Below are positions 17,244-27,661 of a stretch of DNA of 64,000 bases, in pieces. Numbering within the stretch: position 1 is the first letter of the stretch; each line of letters begins with the position of its first letter. The notes under the pieces are model-generated. The model did not search any database. It saw only the letters and a list, made by a program, of their open reading frames with translations, and was not told where the DNA came from. Made by a program: the position numbers and the translations under genes. The DNA is from an uncultured Candidatus Saccharibacteria bacterium (GTDB lineage Bacteria; Patescibacteriota; Minisyncoccia; UBA6257; JAGOQP01), in the NCBI GenBank assembly GCA_964420205.1, contig CAYQSO010000002.1:7765-71764 (forward strand). Reading direction: 5' to 3'.

Positions 17244-18489
17244 AACTATTTCCTACTAATAATTGACCACATTTATCACAACGGTATTTCTCATACTCTT
17301 TTAATTTAACATCTGTATCAAATATTTTTTTATCTAGTATATTTTCATTTCTAGTACAACTCTCTATATCCGACTCAATCTCTTCTACCAATTTTATACT
17401 CTTTACTACTTCTATATATTTGTCACTAATTGTTTCTACTAAATCTATTTTATCTTGTTGCTTTACTATTTTACAATAATTACTTAGAGATTTCAACTCA
17501 CCTAAAGCGTTTTTTAAAAGAATATATTTATTCAGTATTTTTAAAGATATTTCTTCTATGGGAATTAAGTCTATTTGAAATTGATTCTCTATTTCTTCCA
17601 GTTCTATTAAAGCACTTAAAATCTTCCCGTACTCAATTAAACTATCAAAAGAAATTATCTCTTCTTTATTTTCTCCCCCTATTATTTTACAGTAGTAGTA
17701 TATCTCTTTGAGTTCTCTTAAACTCTTTACAACCTCAACATACTCATTTAGTATATCGTAAGGCCTTACTTCTACTTCAGTAGTATCCTCGATAATATTT
17801 AGATAATTAACTGTCTCTTCTACTGCTTCTATACTAATAGAAACCTTAGAAAAGTCCTTATTTAATTTAATAAGATTATCTCGTACTCTTTCTAAATTTT
17901 CTTTTTTAACACTCTTCTGTAAGTCTTCTATTAAAATAATTTTATCTTTATTTCTCTGAAACTCTATTTCTTTCTCTTTTATCTCAGAAGAAAGTAAATC
18001 TTCTTCCTGTTTATAGGCTTGAAAAATCTTAGCACTATCTGAAACAGAAAATATATTTTCAAATAATTTAAACAACTCCGAGTTTGTTAGCCCGTAAGGA
18101 AATAGTATTTCTTTTATTCCTTCTATATTATAACACTTATTCTTATTCCCGTCATAAGTAAAACCAGTATCTTGTAGTAACTTAAATAGATTAGAGTTCC
18201 CTACTTTCTTATACTCCTCACCATTAATTATATACATAGATTCTTTCTTAGTACGTACCCATGTAATATCATTACCATTATATAGCATACGTACTTTTGC
18301 ACAATCTGTTCCAATTCTTATTTTATTTTGAGACCCCGATGGATTAAGTAAAAGATATTTTAACGCCCTAAAAATTGCAGACTTACCATTCCTACTTTCA
18401 CCTGTTATAAGAGTTAACCCTTTATTAAAAACAATATGTTCTTTTTTAATAATCTCAAAATTTTCTATAAATAATTCTAATTTATTCAT
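17236..18489 (-). CDS. Rad50/SbcC/gp46-like ATPase, N-terminal half ending in a zinc hook
   Basis: ITGESRNGKSAIFRAL Walker A; long coiled coil; C-terminal CDKCG. Confidence 0.85.
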   Translation of the reverse strand: MNKLELFIENFEIIKKEHIVFNKGLTLITGESRNGKSAIFRALKYLLLNPSGSQNKIRIGTDCAKVRMLYNGNDITWVRTKKESMYIINGEEYKKVGNSNLFKLLQDTGFTYDGNKNKCYNIEGIKEILFPYGLTNSELFKLFENIFSVSDSAKIFQAYKQEEDLLSSEIKEKEIEFQRNKDKIILIEDLQKSVKKENLERVRDNLIKLNKDFSKVSISIEAVEETVNYLNIIEDTTEVEVRPYDILNEYVEVVKSLRELKEIYYYCKIIGGENKEEIISFDSLIEYGKILSALIELEEIENQFQIDLIPIEEISLKILNKYILLKNALGELKSLSNYCKIVKQQDKIDLVETISDKYIEVVKSIKLVEEIESDIESCTRNENILDKKIFDTDVKLKEYEKYRCDKCGQLLVGNSCE

Positions 18490-18661
18490 TAACTAGATCT
18501 TCCAATTCTTTATACATCTTATCTATATTCATCTTTTTCTTCTTGTGTCTGAATATACTCTTCCACATCTACTGAAATAGAACCGTCTTCATTTTCTACA
18601 GCAATGAAATATACTGCTTGCCCATCTTTTAGTAAATTTTTTCTACTCATTTCATATAGTA

Positions 18662-18690
18662 ATTATACTATAATCTTCTAAAAAATACAA
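18662..18690 (-). promoter_or_regulatory. sigma70-type promoter
   Basis: TTGTAT-17 nt-TATAAT just downstream of the recA terminator. Confidence 0.6.
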
Positions 18691-18700
18691 TAGTTCAAAA

Positions 18701-18730
18701 TAAAAAAACTAGTAGAGATTTTCTACTAGT
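18701..18730 (-). terminator. intrinsic terminator after the recA-like gene
   Basis: ACTAGTAGA-AAATC-TCTACTAGT followed by a T-run. Confidence 0.8.
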
Positions 18731-18761
18731 AAAGAGAAGGATAAACGTACAAAACAATTTC

Positions 18762-19937
18762 CTAGTCTTCTTCGTCCTCATATTCGTCATTATTATCGTC
18801 TTCAACTTCCTGGCTACTTAAAACAAGCTTATATTGGTCTCTTTCCTTTAAAAAACTTATTAACTCTCCTCTATTTTCATGCACAAACACATTTAACTCA
18901 CGTAAAGTTAACTTTTCTTTTGCACTTTTTACAGGGAGTTCATCGCTTAATAAATAAATATTACTTTTTTTAGTGGGTTTATAAATATAACCAATCCCTT
19001 CTAGCATTCTTCTCAAAATATGCCAGTTATGAATATTCTTACCATAATGTACCAACGTACTCACATCAGGAAGTCTAAAAAATCTGTTCTTACAGGTCTT
19101 ACCTTTTGTACTAAGAGTAAGAATATATTTTTCAGTTATAGTTTCCTCACCAAAGCAAGTCTGTACCTTAACTTTTTTAATTTCTTTATCACTTACTCTC
19201 TTAGACAACTTACTAATAATACTTGCATAATGAACATCTGCCTTTGTTACAGCGTACCTGTCTTTTTCATCAAACAGCCCTGCACCTTGGTTATCTCTTA
19301 CTTGACATATTGATACCAAAGTAATACCTTTAGCCTCTAATTGTGGGACATACTGCTGTAAAAAAACTGAACGTGATTTAGCATTTAATCCAAAATTATT
19401 TTTTTCACAATTATTATCTAATAAGGTAGCTGAAATAACAGATGATATACTATCAATTACTATAAACTTAATATCTTTAAGCCTTGTTGGTGGTTTAGAT
19501 GATAATAATTTCTTAAAAAAATCTCCTAAATATTCGTAAGTTAAACTTCCCCCCCTATAAAGTAAATCCCCTGAATTTATAAAATCAGATACCTTCTCAT
19601 CAGGGTCATCAGAAAACCTTATTGTATTTAAAAGACCTTTAGACCCCTCTATATCAAAATACGCTACCTTATATGGTACTTTAATTGCTTTATGCCTTTT
19701 TATTAGCCTTGCACTACAATCAAGCATAAGAGTTGATTTTCCTACACTTGGAGGGGAATAAAAAAGTAAATACCCACCTTGTGGGATACCTAAACCATTA
19801 GTCAACCCTAAGTCAATTAGCATATTTCCTGTTTCTATAAAAGACATTTCAGTCTCTTCTGATGATGTTAAAAAATCTTCTAAAAACGCATTAGCAGTCT
19901 TTTTAGTCGTAGTTTCTTTTCCTTCATTATCTATCAT
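18762..19937 (-). CDS. recA: RecA/UvsX-like recombinase
   Basis: GLGIPQG, SPPSVGKST Walker A, YFDIEG, IVIDSIS, ICQVR, KNRF. Confidence 0.85.
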   Translation of the reverse strand: MIDNEGKETTTKKTANAFLEDFLTSSEETEMSFIETGNMLIDLGLTNGLGIPQGGYLLFYSPPSVGKSTLMLDCSARLIKRHKAIKVPYKVAYFDIEGSKGLLNTIRFSDDPDEKVSDFINSGDLLYRGGSLTYEYLGDFFKKLLSSKPPTRLKDIKFIVIDSISSVISATLLDNNCEKNNFGLNAKSRSVFLQQYVPQLEAKGITLVSICQVRDNQGAGLFDEKDRYAVTKADVHYASIISKLSKRVSDKEIKKVKVQTCFGEETITEKYILTLSTKGKTCKNRFFRLPDVSTLVHYGKNIHNWHILRRMLEGIGYIYKPTKKSNIYLLSDELPVKSAKEKLTLRELNVFVHENRGELISFLKERDQYKLVLSSQEVEDDNNDEYEDEED

Positions 19938-20063
19938 ATTATATATTATCCTTTATTTATTAACTATCTATATTTTCTATTAAAGTACCTTTATTAACTA
20001 CCAACAATATCGAAATTTAACTTAACTGAAAATATGGTCGAATTTACATTTCCCATAATTTCT

Positions 20064-20665
20064 CTAAAGTACTGTCTGGTATTGTATTAACCCGTATAAA
20101 CTTAAAAGGAGTGACTCTGATAAGTCTACGTGTTTATTTCTATTAGATTTTTGAAATTTCAATAACCCTATTCCAAACTCTTTTAAAAAAGCTTCAAATA
20201 TTTCGTTTGCTTTTAAAACGGACAATTCTTTATCCCCAGAAAGACCAAAATAACTCTTCCACTCTTCTGGTGTAGGATTATAAAACTCTACAGGATTTAA
20301 ATAAGAACACTGTCCTCTATGAATTCCACAAGAATCCCCAAAAATAAACGCTGTGTAATGACTTTCACCATATTTTGTAAATACTTTTTCTATTGAATAA
20401 ATAATTTCATATTTACCATTTACATAAGGTGTATATATTTCTCGTAACTTAGTAAAATCTGTCCACTTAAACTCTTTAAAAGCTTTTTCATACTTCCCTG
20501 TTTCTTTGTTTAAGACAAGTTTTTTTCTCTTTAATGAACTGCTTTTTGTAGTATAATAAGGTGCTGTTCTTAACTCCAATATCTTAAGGTCTTCTGTTAT
20601 TACCGAAATTCCCCCGCCTGATGCGCCTAACCAGGGTCCACTCCTATTGACAATAGTTTAGACAC
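20064..20665 (-). CDS. RuvC-like Holliday junction resolvase with an apparent -1 frameshift near codon 12
   Basis: AGAGGTG RBS and GTG start give MSKLLSIGVDPG*; the -1 frame continues LGASGGGISVI...IEK...TPEEWK...DLSESLL. Confidence 0.7.
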
Positions 20666-20705
20666 CTATAAATCACCTCTCTTTAATTATTTCTTAAACT
20701 ATTTA

Positions 20706-21839
20706 TTAATCATCTATTCCCATGAAATCTTCTTCACCATCATTATCAAATTCAAAGTCTTCTTCAGAAAAAGAATCATCTATTTCTATTTCACCTTTTT
20801 GAACTATTGAAGTAGATTTAACAACTTTTTGTTCAACTGATTTTACTTCTTCCTCTTCAATATCAAACGGAATATCTTCTTCTACTACTTGATTAGCCTC
20901 TTCTTGATCTTGTTTTTGTTTAGACTCTTTATAAGCTTTTATATTTTCTGCTCTTTCTTCATCACCTATAATATACTGGTTAAGCTCTTCAGGCGTCCAA
21001 GACATTGTAAAACTAGGTTCTTCTTTCTCCATAAGAGTAAGAAACTCTGTAACTTCTTCTCTAAACTCTTCAAGACCTTTTTCTTTTTCCCAATTCACTA
21101 TTTTTCTTCTGTCGCCAGATACTTTTGCAATAGCTTGCGCTGAAAACGGAATGAAAGAAAACTTAAGTAAATATTTTGCACTTGACTCTGAATCTGTCAC
21201 ATCAACCCTTACTACTACTTTTGAAAGGTATTTAGTAAGAACATCAAGTAACTCCTCATCTTCTAAAGAAGGGTCTATTATACTCTCCCCAGTATTGTCA
21301 TCTGCTTTTTTAAGTCTAGTTGCCAAACCCCCTAAAATATCTTGCCCCCATTGTTTTTTCGAGAATTCAAAGAAACAAAACTGACTTCCATCAAACTTAA
21401 GATGAGTCGCTTCATAAGCTTGGATTTTAGGATCTGTTAAACAATGTGCTAATTGAAGAGCAGGTAAATGATAAATTGGTTTTGCATAATCAATTAATCT
21501 TTTATCAGAATCTTTTCTTTCTGGGAGACGTTCTTTGTCGTGTTCATACAAATTACAACATATTGCAGGTTCTTCCAACCTATTGCCTTCCTCATCAAAT
21601 GAAGCGCACCTAATTTTAGGGTATGGGTTGTTTTTAAATTTTACTCTATCTGACTTTTTCTTTACACTATGTACCATAGATGAATAAGTATTTTCCTGTG
21701 GTCTAAGAAAAATAAAATATCTAGTAGCTCCTATTGTTTTTTCACTGATATCAGCTACTCTTCTAAAATTAAACTCACTACTAAAATACGTTTTTGGTTG
21801 AGCGTCTTCTGCTGCTTTTTTTAAACTAATTTTTGCCAT
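20706..21839 (-). CDS. probable single-stranded DNA-binding protein
   Basis: Strong RBS; H..C..CC possible zinc ligands; very acidic C-terminal tail; next to recombination genes. Inferred from context. Confidence 0.5.
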   Translation of the reverse strand: MAKISLKKAAEDAQPKTYFSSEFNFRRVADISEKTIGATRYFIFLRPQENTYSSMVHSVKKKSDRVKFKNNPYPKIRCASFDEEGNRLEEPAICCNLYEHDKERLPERKDSDKRLIDYAKPIYHLPALQLAHCLTDPKIQAYEATHLKFDGSQFCFFEFSKKQWGQDILGGLATRLKKADDNTGESIIDPSLEDEELLDVLTKYLSKVVVRVDVTDSESSAKYLLKFSFIPFSAQAIAKVSGDRRKIVNWEKEKGLEEFREEVTEFLTLMEKEEPSFTMSWTPEELNQYIIGDEERAENIKAYKESKQKQDQEEANQVVEEDIPFDIEEEEVKSVEQKVVKSTSIVQKGEIEIDDSFSEEDFEFDNDGEEDFMGIDD

Positions 21840-21936
21840 CGAAAAATTTCTCCTTTTAAATTTTTTCTTCTACTTAACTAATTATTAAAATACACTTTAA
21901 TAAATCTATAATTCCACTAACTTTTAAAAATACATT

Positions 21937-22425
21937 CTAATTTTCCATATTTTTATGAAGCTGTATTTTACTCTGTACTACTTTTTCTTCTAACTGAAGA
22001 TTAAGAGTTTTTAAAATAGATACCCATGTAATTTTTTCACTTTTAAAATTTTCTAACTTCTCATACAGGGGTTTTTTAATTTCATGAAACTGACTATTTC
22101 TATGACTAGACGAAAAATCAGAACTAGTTATATTTATTAACTGTGTGATTAATACAGATAAATTAGAAAGAATTTCTTGTACTGTGTCTATTTTCTTAGT
22201 TAAAGATATACTATCTAATACTTCAAATTCTGTTACTAGTAATAAATACCTCTTCTCATAACTAGATAATACTCTTCTTAAAAGAATCTGAGTATCTTCA
22301 AACTCTACTTCTTTCTCTCTATATTTATCTATTTTATCAACTAAATCTCTTAATCTTTTTACTACATAATCCGGTTTTTCATCGAAAAGATTACATACAT
22401 AATTTTTAATATAAATTAAATCCAC
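21937..22425 (-). CDS. helical hypothetical protein
   Basis: 162 aa coiled-coil ORF. Confidence 0.55.
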   Translation of the reverse strand: MDLIYIKNYVCNLFDEKPDYVVKRLRDLVDKIDKYREKEVEFEDTQILLRRVLSSYEKRYLLLVTEFEVLDSISLTKKIDTVQEILSNLSVLITQLINITSSDFSSSHRNSQFHEIKKPLYEKLENFKSEKITWVSILKTLNLQLEEKVVQSKIQLHKNMEN

Positions 22426-23156
22426 TATCTATTTCTCTCTAACTGTTTTTCTAATTTTTTATTTTTATTTTTAAGTCTGTTTATCTCTAATCTCATTTCA
22501 TAAATCTTATTTTTATAAACTTGTGAATCTCCATAACTTCCACTACGAGCTATTTTTCTCTCTGTTAGTATATCTTTATACGGAAAACCTAAATGTTTTG
22601 CTTTATTTATAACACGCTGTTTATCAACTCCTAAAACAGATACTAAATCTTCTAGGGTTCTTCCGTTACTTAAATATTCTATAATAATTTTTTCCTGTTC
22701 TTCTGTCCAATTTATATAGGTATTATTTCTTTTAACAAAACCGTGTTTATAAGAATAATTGATTACAGAATTTATAGGTTTGTTTAAAATCTCAGCAATT
22801 TCGTGAACCATAAACCCGTCTTCTTTTAAAAGCTTAAGCTGTTGCAATTCTTCGTCAGACCAAATATCTCTATGTTCTCTAACAGATATTCCTATGTAAT
22901 TCCTTCTATATAAAATACTACTATAAGATCTATTAGGTAGAAGCTTCATTAGATAAAATGGGGTTCGTTTACTATTGGTTTTTAATATAGTGTCTTCCTC
23001 TTCAGTCCACCTTTTAGAAGAGCCTTTTCTATATAGTAGTTTTATTTTTTCTATTATCTGATCTTCAGATTTATTAGGGAAAACTCTTTTAAGCCCTACT
23101 AAAGCTTTATCCATATTTTCTTTTAAAAGACTAGTTTCTTCTTTTGTCCACTTCAT
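22425..23156 (-). CDS. Myb/SANT-like repeat DNA-binding protein
   Basis: Four repeats opening WTKEE, WTEEED, WSDEE, WTEEQE. Confidence 0.65.
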   Translation of the reverse strand: MKWTKEETSLLKENMDKALVGLKRVFPNKSEDQIIEKIKLLYRKGSSKRWTEEEDTILKTNSKRTPFYLMKLLPNRSYSSILYRRNYIGISVREHRDIWSDEELQQLKLLKEDGFMVHEIAEILNKPINSVINYSYKHGFVKRNNTYINWTEEQEKIIIEYLSNGRTLEDLVSVLGVDKQRVINKAKHLGFPYKDILTERKIARSGSYGDSQVYKNKIYEMRLEINRLKNKNKKLEKQLERNR

Positions 23157-24090
23157 TACTAATACTTTCTTCTGCTATTTTTATAAACTCATTATTTAGT
23201 TCTATACCAACGTATCTTCTATTATGTTTAATAGCATTAGCTGCTACTGTTCCACCACCCATAAATGGGTCTAATACAATCCCGTTTTCTGGACATCCAG
23301 ACAATATCATTGGTTCTACTAGCTTATCTGGAAACTGTGCAAAATGATTATTTTTTCTCGGTTGAGTATTAATACTCCATACAGTTCTCTTATTTCTACC
23401 ACCTTTGTTATAGTAGTCTCTATCCCCTTCAGAAAATCTATTTATACCCCCCATTCCATTATTACAATTTTGTTTTGATTTGTCAATAGGTTTTTGTTTT
23501 TTACTTTCATAAGGTTCTAATATTTGATTAAAATAGTACTTTTTATTTTTAGTAAAAAAGTAGAGATACTCATGAGAGCGAGTAAATCTATCTTTTACTG
23601 ACTCAGGAAGACAATTTGGTTTTTCCCATATTATATCATTTCTAAGTAAAAATCCTAATTCGTCTACCATTCTAATAGCAAATCTCTGTGGAATTTGTAT
23701 AAGAGATTTCTTGGGATAGTCTTTTAAATTATTCTTAGAAACTTCTTGCCCATTTCTACCTTCTTTGTACTTAGAATCTCTGTAACTACCTTTACTCCCT
23801 GTCCCATTAAAACTATCTGATATGTTTACAAAAAGAATTCCTTCATCTTTTAGGACTCTCTTAACCTCTTTAAAAATACATATTAAGTGGGCTATGTACA
23901 TATTGAAATGCGGTTCTTGTCCCAATTCACCTACCCAACCATCTGGCCATTCTACTGGATTTGTTTTGTAGTTCCTTAAAGCATAATACGGTGGTGACGT
24001 AATAACACTATCAACACTATTAGAAGGTATATTTTTTAATACTTCTAAAGAATGTCCTTGATATATGTGATTTATTTTTAATTCTTTCAT
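23131..24090 (-). CDS. beta-class DNA methyltransferase (probably m4C)
   Basis: TSPPY precedes VLDPFMGGGT; also IIWEKPN and HFAQFP. Confidence 0.9.
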   Translation of the reverse strand: MKELKINHIYQGHSLEVLKNIPSNSVDSVITSPPYYALRNYKTNPVEWPDGWVGELGQEPHFNMYIAHLICIFKEVKRVLKDEGILFVNISDSFNGTGSKGSYRDSKYKEGRNGQEVSKNNLKDYPKKSLIQIPQRFAIRMVDELGFLLRNDIIWEKPNCLPESVKDRFTRSHEYLYFFTKNKKYYFNQILEPYESKKQKPIDKSKQNCNNGMGGINRFSEGDRDYYNKGGRNKRTVWSINTQPRKNNHFAQFPDKLVEPMILSGCPENGIVLDPFMGGGTVAANAIKHNRRYVGIELNNEFIKIAEESISNEVDKRRN

Positions 24091-24102
24091 TGTATAAAAA
24101 CC

Positions 24103-24417
24103 TTAATATAATTCGTCTGATTGTACAGGGGACTGCTTTATAAAATCAAAAATTACCGTAGACGGTGTATTCCAACTCACCAATTCTTTCTTTCCTGTAC
24201 CACCATCATATTTTCCATGTAAATAATCTTTATTATTCTCTGAAACATCCCAACATATCTTATCTATATAATGTACCCCGAACCACTCCATTCTGTTACC
24301 TATTTGCATCCTATAACCAGATTTCCAAATCTTCTCAGCGTGTTCTCTTGCTTTAAATTCATTTTCTATTTCATACTGGCCTACGCTTCCATTTGTAAGA
24401 TAAATATAAATTTTCAT
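24103..24417 (-). CDS. hypothetical protein
   Basis: Start likely MKIYIY, after a GAGGGAAG RBS. Confidence 0.55.
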   Translation of the reverse strand: MKIYIYLTNGSVGQYEIENEFKAREHAEKIWKSGYRMQIGNRMEWFGVHYIDKICWDVSENNKDYLHGKYDGGTGKKELVSWNTPSTVIFDFIKQSPVQSDELY

Positions 24418-24419
24418 AA

Positions 24420-25940
24420 CTACTTCCCTCTCACAGTAATTAGTGTTTGTAACTCTTCTCTTGTTTTTACACATTTATTCGGAGTTTTATCGTGCTTAAA
24501 TTGTAACCCTTCTCCGTAAAGTACTGCATGATTAAATTTCAATTCTTTATGACTCAAAGAACGCCCATTTATAGCAAGAACTTTACCTAAATATTCCTTT
24601 TTAATAATAATTTTACCATCAAAATCTACCTCACTTAAAAGGTATTTATCTTCATGTCTTAACCCTGATATATTACCTATTATGTGTTCTGTAAATTCTC
24701 CATCATCTTCTTTAATATAAATAGATACTGTTAGAGCTGCAAATAATCCTTTTTCTTTAAAATCTTTACTTTTAGGTTGGGTGCATCCAGAAATAAAAGC
24801 ATCAAAATCTTCTACTTCTCCAGTATTATCTAACATATGGGAAATACTAGTTTTTATTTTATACATTGCTCTATGAGACCTATTATCTGTTGCAAAATAC
24901 GGTGCTTCTAATAACTTTATTATACTCCCTTCTAAACCATTTCGTATCATCTCATCAGCAAATGCAACTTTATCTCCATCATCTGATTGAATATGGTCAA
25001 ACGGTAACCCCTGCCCCTTTAAAAAATTAATTATATTGTTTCTTAGTTTTCTTCTCTTTTTAAAAGCCCAATGTCTTATATCACCTTCTAAAGAATCTTT
25101 TAAACCATATAAATAGGCATATAAAGATTTTCCCGGAGACTTCTCCCAACCTTTCTTACCTTTTTTACCATGTTCATCTAATAGACAACTAGTTATTAAA
25201 TAAGATTTAAAATTATCTTCAACCCATTTCGCTTCTTCTTGTGTTACTTCTTCTTTTCTAAATTTGTACTCCATTATTTGAGATAATATTTCTTCAATTG
25301 GTTTTGCTTCTTTCTCAAAATAAATACAATCGAAGCCCCTAAAATTTAAAGTCTTTCCTTGTAATTGTAATTCATGCGAACGTTGTGGCAATGACCCTAA
25401 TATAGATTGTAACAAATCTTCTACTGAAAGATATTCAACCCCGTCTGCTATAAGACTTGATTCTGTCATAGCTCCACAATCTAATACAAATCTATACGGG
25501 AAAACACCTTTATAATCTTCCGGTCTTCGTACTATTCCGTTTTTTATAAGCAAAACATTAGGGGTAAAATTATTAAATAGATACGTACCTACTACCTGAT
25601 TCCTGGAAAAAAACTCAAAACCCTGCTCTGGTGAGTATGAAATTAGCATTCTAAAATCGTCGCACTTGAGTTCACTTACCCAATGTTGGGAATCTATTGG
25701 AAGGTAATCTTCTGTATATCTATGTTTGTTATCTTTATAGTGATTCACAAGGCAGGGCGATTCTAGCGCACAGTTACAAAAAAGCTCCCCAAACGTATGA
25801 GTTTCAGGGTTATTTTTTATATAGTCATTTCCTAGTACTTTTATACTATTTATAATAGTTAATTTTATATCGTCTGGTACTTGAATACCTCTTTTTGATA
25901 TTTCTTCATTAAGTGCATCTTTTTTAAAAGACTGTGACAT
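24420..25940 (-). CDS. ATP-dependent DNA ligase
   Basis: ELKCDDFR (motif I variant), FFSRN, FDCIY, LEGSIIK, MYKIK; C-terminal OB fold. Confidence 0.8.
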   Translation of the reverse strand: MSQSFKKDALNEEISKRGIQVPDDIKLTIINSIKVLGNDYIKNNPETHTFGELFCNCALESPCLVNHYKDNKHRYTEDYLPIDSQHWVSELKCDDFRMLISYSPEQGFEFFSRNQVVGTYLFNNFTPNVLLIKNGIVRRPEDYKGVFPYRFVLDCGAMTESSLIADGVEYLSVEDLLQSILGSLPQRSHELQLQGKTLNFRGFDCIYFEKEAKPIEEILSQIMEYKFRKEEVTQEEAKWVEDNFKSYLITSCLLDEHGKKGKKGWEKSPGKSLYAYLYGLKDSLEGDIRHWAFKKRRKLRNNIINFLKGQGLPFDHIQSDDGDKVAFADEMIRNGLEGSIIKLLEAPYFATDNRSHRAMYKIKTSISHMLDNTGEVEDFDAFISGCTQPKSKDFKEKGLFAALTVSIYIKEDDGEFTEHIIGNISGLRHEDKYLLSEVDFDGKIIIKKEYLGKVLAINGRSLSHKELKFNHAVLYGEGLQFKHDKTPNKCVKTREELQTLITVRGK

Positions 25941-25941
25941 C

Positions 25942-26472
25942 TTACATTATCTCCTTTTTCTCTAAATACTTTTCATATGTTTTTAAAAATAACTCGTGCC
26001 CCCATTCAGAGTTACACAATAATTCTATACATTTTAAAGAGTTATCCTTATAAATATTTTTTCGTGACCCGTTACAAGAAGAACAAGTAACCCAATCGTG
26101 GTCTATGATATTTGGGACAGAATAACCTCCCAATCCCTTGCATTTTACACATCTTTCCTGTTCCTTAATAGCAGGTTCTACTTGATCTAGAATATTTGTT
26201 ATTTCTTTATGTTCTAGTAAATCTTCTAATAATTTATGATGGATATTCGCATAAATTAACCTCTTTATTTCTATTAAACTAGATAACTCCTGTAATATAA
26301 AATCTTTATCTATTACAGTTTCATCTACTATAGGATTCCTTAAAAGACTCTTAAACTCTCCTAAAACTCTTTGTACTTCTGAATATTGGCTGTATGCTTT
26401 TTTCTTTAATTCATCATTATAATACTTTTTACTGGCTTTCTCAAAAACATTTCTTAACTCTATTAAATCCAT
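25942..26472 (-). CDS. hypothetical protein with DnaJ-type zinc motifs
   Basis: CVKCKGLG...CSSCNGS. Confidence 0.55.
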   Translation of the reverse strand: MDLIELRNVFEKASKKYYNDELKKKAYSQYSEVQRVLGEFKSLLRNPIVDETVIDKDFILQELSSLIEIKRLIYANIHHKLLEDLLEHKEITNILDQVEPAIKEQERCVKCKGLGGYSVPNIIDHDWVTCSSCNGSRKNIYKDNSLKCIELLCNSEWGHELFLKTYEKYLEKKEIM

Positions 26473-26795
26473 TATTCTCTATACCTAGTCCCAGTTTCCT
26501 TATACTCTCTTATTTTAATATTATCTTCTTCTACACAATCACAAGTAACATATATATTATCATCACTACACCAGAAGTATATTTCTTCTGCTATTTCGTC
26601 CCAGTATTCTACTTCATCTTCTTCTATACAAAAAGTATTATGTACTATCTTCTTAAATTTGTCAAACTTTTTATAATACTTTTTTATTTTGAAAGAATTT
26701 AAATGTGTGAACGGAAATACTTGAATCCAATACCCTTTCCCTAATTCATAATACTCTTTAGTTTCATCCTTTATTAAATAATATTCTACACCCAC
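26472..26795 (-). CDS. hypothetical protein (paralog of 33805..34116)
   Basis: MGVEYYLIKDETKEYYELGKG N-terminus. Confidence 0.55.
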   Translation of the reverse strand: MGVEYYLIKDETKEYYELGKGYWIQVFPFTHLNSFKIKKYYKKFDKFKKIVHNTFCIEEDEVEYWDEIAEEIYFWCSDDNIYVTCDCVEEDNIKIREYKETGTRYRE

Positions 26796-26796
26796 G

Positions 26797-27141
26797 TTAT
26801 AAACTCCTTATTATATTTGTTATTTTATTTAAAGCGTCTTCAAATTTTTTCTTATAGTATTCTTGACAATCATTTAATCCGTAATTTTCGCTTACTATAT
26901 TAGACCAATGTAAAGGGCTGGTGATTAGCTCTATTTCATAACTATCATCCAAGTCTATCCCATTATCAGAAAAAGCATCTTCCCTAATATCAATGTAAAT
27001 ACCTTTTTCAGAGCTTAAAATCTTATGAAAGTATTCTGCCCCTAATGCACATGAGCTGTGCCCATACCTATAAAATGGGAACGTAACTTCGATTTCTTTT
27101 GTTTGAGTAACAGTTTCTTTAATTTTAATCTTTTGTTTCAT
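26797..27141 (-). CDS. hypothetical protein
   Basis: Start likely MKQKIKIKE. Confidence 0.5.
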   Translation of the reverse strand: MKQKIKIKETVTQTKEIEVTFPFYRYGHSSCALGAEYFHKILSSEKGIYIDIREDAFSDNGIDLDDSYEIELITSPLHWSNIVSENYGLNDCQEYYKKKFEDALNKITNIIRSL

Positions 27142-27409
27142 CCCTAGTACCTTTCTTATTGTTCCAATACACCTTGTTAGAAAATAACATAAATAAAGGA
27201 ATTCCACTCCTATAAGCTAAGTTATAACATCTTACAAAACCAAGGTCAAACCCTGCTCCAAACATTAACATTACTTAATCCTTTAGGTCGTACCGTTTAT
27301 TTAACTTGCTTTTATCTTCTAGAATATCGTCCATCCACCTACCCTCGAGTAAAACCTCTTCTAGATATTCGTCTAATTCTTCATTTATTGGTTTATATTC
27401 TTCCATTAT

Positions 27410-27658
27410 TTATTCTTCTCTAATAATTCTTTTAAGATATTTTGATTTAATTTGTATAGTCAATATATTTTCTAAAAACTTTTCGCTAAGTTTAGTTCTT
27501 TTTTCTACTATGTTTAACAGTCCCTCCGAATCACTATCCTCTAGCACACCTATATTATCTACTAGATCTTCAAAAACAACACCAAACTTACTATTCAAAT
27601 CTTGGGAACTTTTTAAATACCCACTTAGTTCTTGACTTAGGGAATTATATTCTTCCAT
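27410..27658 (-). CDS. hypothetical protein
   Basis: 82 aa ORF. Confidence 0.5.
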   Translation of the reverse strand: MEEYNSLSQELSGYLKSSQDLNSKFGVVFEDLVDNIGVLEDSDSEGLLNIVEKRTKLSEKFLENILTIQIKSKYLKRIIREE

Positions 27659-27661
27659 TAT

